A stretch of 64,000 nucleotides of DNA from positions 62,001 to 126,000 of the forward strand of contig NIVC01001291.1 in NCBI GenBank assembly GCA_002269645.1, read 5' to 3'. Source of the stretch: Macrostomum lignano (Eukaryota). This document shows, piece by piece, positions 58,170 through 64,000 of this stretch. The number at the start of each line of letters is the position of its first letter. Position 1 is the first letter of the stretch. The notes under the pieces are model-generated. The model saw only the letters and a program-made list of their open reading frames with translations. It was not told the origin of the DNA and did not search any database. The translations under genes and the position numbers were made by a program.

Positions 58170-58735
58170 CTTAGAATTCACGATTGATTTTTCTTAGAAT
58201 TAACTTCTTTTCTTGGAATCCGTTTTTTTTCTTGGAGCTTGATCCTTTTTTAGAATTCGATTGTTTCTTAGAATTCGATTGTTTCTTAGAATTTGATTGT
58301 TACTTAGAATGCGATTGTTTCTTAGAATTCGATTGTTTCTTAGAATTCGATTGTTGATTAGAATTCGATTGTTTCTTAGAATTCGATTGTTTCTTAGAAT
58401 AGGACTGTTGATTAGAATTCGATTGTTTCTTAGAATTCGATTGTTTCTTAGAATTCGATTGTTTCTTAGAATTCGATTGTTTCTTAGAATTTGATTGTTT
58501 CGTAGAATTCGATTGTTTCTTAGAATTTGATTGTTTCTTAGAATTCGATTGTTTCTTAGAATTCGATTGTTTCTTAGAATTCGATTGTTTCTTAGAATAG
58601 GATTGTTGATTAGAATACGATTGTTTCTTAGAATTTGATTGTTTCTTTGAATACAATTGTTTATTCGAATACGATTGTTTCTTAGAATCCGATCGTTTCT
58701 TAGAATACGATTAATTCTTAGAATTCGACTACTTC
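58170..58735. repeat. 18-bp minisatellite (TTCTTAGAATTCGATTGT)n just downstream of the innexin stop
   Basis: About 28 copies; source of the ILRNNR pseudo-ORF. Confidence 0.94.
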
Positions 58736-58776
58736 TAAACAAGTCAGATTGCTTCCTAGGTCAGTATCGTCAGGTA

Positions 58777-61700
58777 TCAAACGTAGGTGGACTCGTTCCC
58801 ATCGTCGTCTCTGCCTAACTCGTTGCCATTGTCGTCCTCCTCCAGCTGATGAGCGCCGCCGCCCGACACCTGTCGCTGCGCCAGCCGCATTGTGGCTGTC
58901 AGCGGAGCCGCCGCCGAAGCAGCCGTGGCTGTTGGGCAGCCGCCGCTGAACCGCAGGTCCCAGCTCTTGGCCGCCGTGGCCTGGCCGTCCCGGTAGCGGC
59001 GCCAGACCTCCCGAGCCACATCAGCCGCCAGCAGGTCGCCGGCGCAGCGGCCGATCATGCGCAACAGGAAGACGCCATCGTGCCGCAGGAAGTGGCGCAG
59101 GAACCGGCGCGCGGTGGATCGGTCACCGGCCTGCGGCGGCACCCCGCCGGCCCTGAGATACTTCTTGAGCAGCGCCCGGCGAGACGACGGCAGGATTGAT
59201 GAGACCGCCCAGGACAGGCAGGAGGCGGCGGTGAGCAGGGCCAAGGCGAACACCCAGAACCATAGGAAAATGTAGATCTTCTCGTTGAGCATATTGTTGG
59301 GCAGGACGCATTGTACCGTAAATTTGCTAGTTGTGCCAACCATATCGGCGTAGAAGTCGCACCTGGTTGACAAGGCGAATTCTGGTATAGAAGCGCATAG
59401 CAACTGTCCACATAGCAACCACCCACATAGCAACCACCCACATAGCAACCACCCACATAGCAACCACCCACATAGCAACCACCCACATAGCAACCACCCA
59501 CATAGCAACCACCCACATAGCAACCACCCACATAGCAACCACCCACATAGAAACCACCCACATAGCAACCACTTAAGTGTAGCATAGATAGTTCCTCGCC
59601 TGGCAACCCGAGGAAAAATGCCGCTGGAGTGCCAGGTCCGCCCGGTGAGCAGGCTGGCCAGAAGGCTGGCGCCCCAGTAGCTGGTGGCCTCGCTCAGACC
59701 CAGCAGCCGCTGCATCAACGCCAGCTGCCCAGAGACACGCAGATGTACATCGCTTTAGTCAGCAGGTAGGCAGACACCAGGGCGAATCCGGTTCTCCGAG
59801 TCAGCAGGCGGCATCGACGACTTCTTGACAGAGGCTGGGCATGCCTCATCAGTTTGTGAATGTGCTCGGCCAGATAGGCAATCAGGCGGTGCCGCCTGTC
59901 CTGATCCAAGGAGGTGGCGGCGGCCAGGGCGAAGCGCATCGTGTCGTTCAGGCTGGCGGCTCCGATGCGGTCGCTGAGGCAGAGCCAGGCAAGGCGGGGC
60001 AGGTAGAACAGCAGCGCCTGCAGTGCCAGCACGAATGGCACCCACTGGTAGTAGTCTGTAGGTTGCCGTCAAACAGACGGAGATCGAGGAGAGACGAGAA
60101 GAGTAGAAGCTGAGATGGTAGTAGAGAGCTGAGAAGAGTAGTAGAAGAGATGGTAGAGAGACGGAAAGAGTAGAAGCTGAGATGGTAGTAGAGAGACGAG
60201 AAGAGTAGAAGAAGAGATGGTAGAGAGACGGAAAGAGTAGAAGCTGAGATGGTAGTAGAGAGACGAGAAGAGTAGAAGCTGAGATGGTAGTAGAGAGACG
60301 AGAAGAGTAGAAGAAGAGATGGTAGTAGAGAGATGAGAAGAGTAGAATAAGAGATGGTAGTAGAGAGACGAGAAGAGTAGAAGAAGAGATGGTAGAGAGA
60401 CGGAGAGAGTAGAATCACAGATGGTAGTAGAGAGACGAGGAGAGTGAAAGGAGAGATGGAAACGGACAGTCTGAGAGAGCAAATGACTCACTTTATCACA
60501 AATATCATGTACTTAGCGATTTTTTTGAGCACGCGAGTAAAATTGAAGCAAACATTCTACAATGTACATGAGTAGCTAATAGCAGCAATGCAATTATCTT
60601 GTTCTTGTAATAGCCAGTGAGGCAAGTCTGCATTTGTATATCAAAGGCTTGCTTGCGTCCTTAAGTGGCTAATTGATTCCCCAGTGCTAGGAGAATTTCG
60701 TTTGCTCTGACGAAGATCCTTGGGGGAGGGATGATGCTATTCCGATCTTTGCGAGTGCTGCTTCAACCGATTAGTTGTTATAGGCTTAGTTGCAACCAGA
60801 CTAAAAGCTCGCAGGGTCTCAATGGGTAATTAAACCCCGAGTGAAGAGGTTGAGGGAGCAATGAAACCCTGGCTGAAGGGGTTGGGGGCAATGAAACCCT
60901 GGCTGAAGGGGCTGGGGGCAATAAAACCCTGGGTGAAGGGGTTGGGGGCAATGAAACCCTGGCTGAAGGGGCTGGGAGCAATAAAACCCTGGGCGAAGGG
61001 TTTGAGGGAGCAATGAAACCCTGGCTGAAGGGGCTGGGGGCAATAAAACCCTGGGTGAAGGGGTTGGGGGGCAATAAAACCCTGGGTGAAGGGGTTGGGG
61101 GCAATGAAACCCTGGCTGAAGGGGCTGGGAGCAATAAAACCCTGGGCGAAGGGTTTGAGGGAGCAATGAAACCCTGGCTGAAGGGGCTGGGGGCAATAAA
61201 ACCCTGGGTGAAGGGGTTGGGGGCAATGAAACCCTGGCTGAAGGGGCTGGGGGCAATGAAACCCTGGGTGAAAGGGGTTGGGGGCAATGAAACCCTGGGT
61301 GAAGGGGTTGGGGGCAATGAAACTCTGGCTGAAGGGGCTGGGAGCAATAAAACCATGGGCGAAGGGTTTGAGGGAGCAATGAAACCCTGGCTGAAGGGGC
61401 TGGGGGCAATAAAACCCTGGGTGAAGGGTTTGAGGGAACAGCAAAACCCTTGATTTGGGATTTTAGCCATAAAAGGATGTTGAGTTGGAGTTCCGATGGA
61501 TACATACTGACGAAAATCGCCGCAAAACCTCACATATGGTTCGCTCTTCCCGCTGCTTTTCGTTGCCTTTCGGCAGGGTGTCGTCCAGCGGCCAGAAGTA
61601 CATATTATCCACCCAGCAGAGGTTCTCGATGTACTCCATCCTCTGCGAGTCCAGTTCCAACAAGCTCCAGCATTGAATAGGTGTGAACAAATACTGTCTG

Positions 61701-61840
61701 GACGCAGAGATGCTCGCCAAGAAGATCAGTACGGCGGGCGTGATCGTGTAGTTCAGAACGTCGACAAAGTCTTCGGCTGAACCGTGTTGACCCAGCGTAA
61801 CGCGGAACTGGTTCGCTTTGAGCAGGAAGTCGAAGTTCAT
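58777..61840 (-). CDS. inx: Innexin (gap-junction protein): exons 61840-61534, 60055-59600, 59362-58777; about 449 aa if a 1-nt deletion near 59729 is corrected
   Basis: QYLFTPIQCW, YIENLCWV, YYYQWVPF, FPRVA|RCDF, QCVLPNNMLNEKIYIFLWFW. Intron 1 is GT-AG, intron 2 GC-AG; exon 2 is 1 nt short of frame. Confidence 0.9.
59395..59575. repeat. 15-bp minisatellite (CATAGCAACCACCCA)n inside innexin intron 2
   Basis: About 12 copies; reads (WLLCG)n in the innexin frame. Confidence 0.94.
60085..60450. repeat. 32-35-bp purine-rich minisatellite (GAGATGGTAGTAGAGAGACGAGAAGAGTAGAAGCT) in innexin intron 1
   Basis: About 10 copies. Confidence 0.9.
60850..61445. repeat. 30-31-bp minisatellite (GCAATGAAACCCTGGCTGAAGGGGCTGGGG) with higher-order variants in innexin intron 1
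   Basis: About 19 copies. Confidence 0.93.
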
Positions 61841-64000
61841 GCTAAAGGGTGGGAATGGCGCCTCATGTGACTGGGATGTCAGCGGGTTCGTTTTGTTATG
61901 GTTTTCTGGCTTAGTCTTAGGGTTTGCCCTACTTCGTCAGTCATTGTGTCCCAGATACTTTGGTCAGCCATTATCAGCCCCACATCATACTTTGGTCAGA
62001 TACCATTGCACTATGCTGTGATCAAACTGAACTTATTGCTCTTCAGTCGTCATAACGTAGAATTACCTGCACAATTACAATAGCGCGCATGATTCAGCAA
62101 ACTCTAACTACAAGTAGCAGGCAATTAATGCACAGCTAAAGTAGAAGGACTCCTAATGCACTCGATTTTCTTAGAAACGAGTTGGAGGCCGCTATGAAGC
62201 GTATGTATTTGTCGTATTGCTAGTACATTTAGTATGCACTGAATGGGGTTTGGCCATAGCGTGCTTCTACTATACTGCAGTTGTTCATTTTGCAAGTGTA
62301 GACGACCGCTCACCTTTTTCTCGTTACGATACAGAACTCGGCCAAGTCCTATCGATCAAGCAGTTTTTCTTCGAAAATGTGTCAGAGCAGGCTAAGCAGA
62401 GCAAACTTGAAGGTGAAATTGTGTTGACGAAACACGGGCCCTCTTCTGCAGAAAAGTGGCTGCGGAGCTGAGTGGCCGGGATTCCAAGCTTGGGAGCTCA
62501 CAAGTTGTGAGGGAGCTATTTCAACCGTTATCCCGTCTCTCATGCGATTGGATCTTTGGTTAAGTTCTCACCGTGAGAAGCCTGCAGCCTCGTTGATGGA
62601 GGAGATATTTTTGAAAATCGATTTTCACCATGGCTTGATGAATTTCTGATCTGCCTTAGTGAGTCCGGTGGAAGAGCTCATTAACTGGTGCCGACCAGAT
62701 TTGCGATAAGATTCGTCATCTTTTTCACTCAAATATAGTACGTACTCGTGGCAATACGCGGGAAATCAATGGATAACTCAAGTAGAGAATTCGCACTTGC
62801 AAATCGCTCAGTTTTCGCTACAAAAAATGTTGGCGAGATGGAAAGTTTCCAGTTTTTTTCAGCACTAAATTTGCAACAATACATGTATCTCAACTTCTGG
62901 AATTCCGCGATTACATGCAGAGCACGCATGTGGCAAAGTTCAAACAAAATTTCTGCTTTACCGGTTCTTCCTAAATTTTGGACGGTTTTTTCAGTTGGAT
63001 TTTTCTCACCCTGTTTGGTAACCCCCTTGAACTTTATCCTTTATCCAACAGGTAATGCTGAGGAGATCGTGCATGCATGGTCTTGCAGGGCGGCGTCCCA
63101 CACGAAGCCATACCTGCTTTTTGTTTGCCTTCATTCAATTTTAACAAGTCTCTTTGGAGCCCCAATAATACATGCAATTTAGTGATCATTTAATTTTCAT
63201 ACTGTATCACTGAAACAAATTATGTCATACTAGCTGTATGTCCCACGCATTCAACACAACTTGTTCTATATTGCAATAAAATTTGATGGCTTGGCCACAA
63301 AAGGCAGAGGAAACAGAAAATAAAGCGCTCGATTGATTGGATTATAAGCCACGATTGGATTATAAGCGTTCTATGGAAAATTTTAGAGGCAGATTTACCG
63401 AGAATTGCATTACGACGGAGATAGCAGGTTTTCATTTTTCGGCACAAAAATAGTTAATTATTGCTTTTGAGATAAGGTTTTTGATCAGACCCAGTGTTTA
63501 TCTTTTGATATGACTTGACTTTCTTATGGCTCTATTGATATTTAAAAACCTTTCGTTCAGAAAATATGTATTCTATGTAATGTAAAGTTATTCTATGTTT
63601 ATATATGTTAAGAAGCCAGGGCAAGCGTGCATGCCCTACTAAGCGGACTTTTGATATTTAAATTAGCGTTTAGGAAAACATTATAATTTTCTATTTGTAC
63701 ATGAGTTATTAAATATAAATATTTACCTATTTAAGAAAAAATAACTCTGTTTTTGTCTGTTGTATTTGTTGTAATGGGAAATGATATTTTGAAATCGTTT
63801 TTCTAATGTTTTTAATTATGCGCGCCTCGACGATCCGCGGACGTCTAAGTGTGGAAGTCTAAGGCCTAACGGCTAGCGCGAATTTGTTTGTATATACAAT
63901 CAAAGTTTCTATAAATTTTTGCTTGTGTTAAAAAGACTATTTTTATCTCCTTCTTATATTCTGCAAGCATGCAACCTGCAACAGCAGTAGAAACTGTACA

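Noticed and set aside
62125-63447. Short ORFs and small palindromes upstream of the innexin
   Set aside because: No motifs, coding bias or repeat boundaries that I can support.

Overview
Eukaryotic (animal) genomic DNA. The mix of GC-rich exons, introns packed with private minisatellites, an innexin and an Srw/myosuppressin-receptor-type GPCR is most consistent with a flatworm such as Macrostomum (inference only). Seven protein-coding genes can be reconstructed by hand: a secreted PAN+C-type lectin (+); SAP130 (-, 5' end unresolved); a 5-exon GH38 lysosomal alpha-mannosidase (-); an intron-containing divergent histone H2A with macroH2A-like residues but no macro domain (-); a 2-exon class A peptide GPCR (+); a single-domain rhodanese (-); and an innexin (-) with a 1-nt frameshift and a GC-AG intron. 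About 29 different tandem arrays cover roughly 20 kb (about a third of the window), and most long ORFs in the track are repeat artefacts. The best second-look items are: two C/D-box snoRNAs with a 28S rRNA guide hosted by the H2A variant gene; sharply bounded, almost CpG-free AT-rich blocks, one interrupted by a CpG-retaining transposon nested in another transposon's TIR; an in-frame, stop-free GC-AG intron in the innexin; and satellites whose units read like splice signals or whole mini-introns. No prokaryotic features, CRISPR, rRNA or tRNA genes were seen. All counts are by eye.
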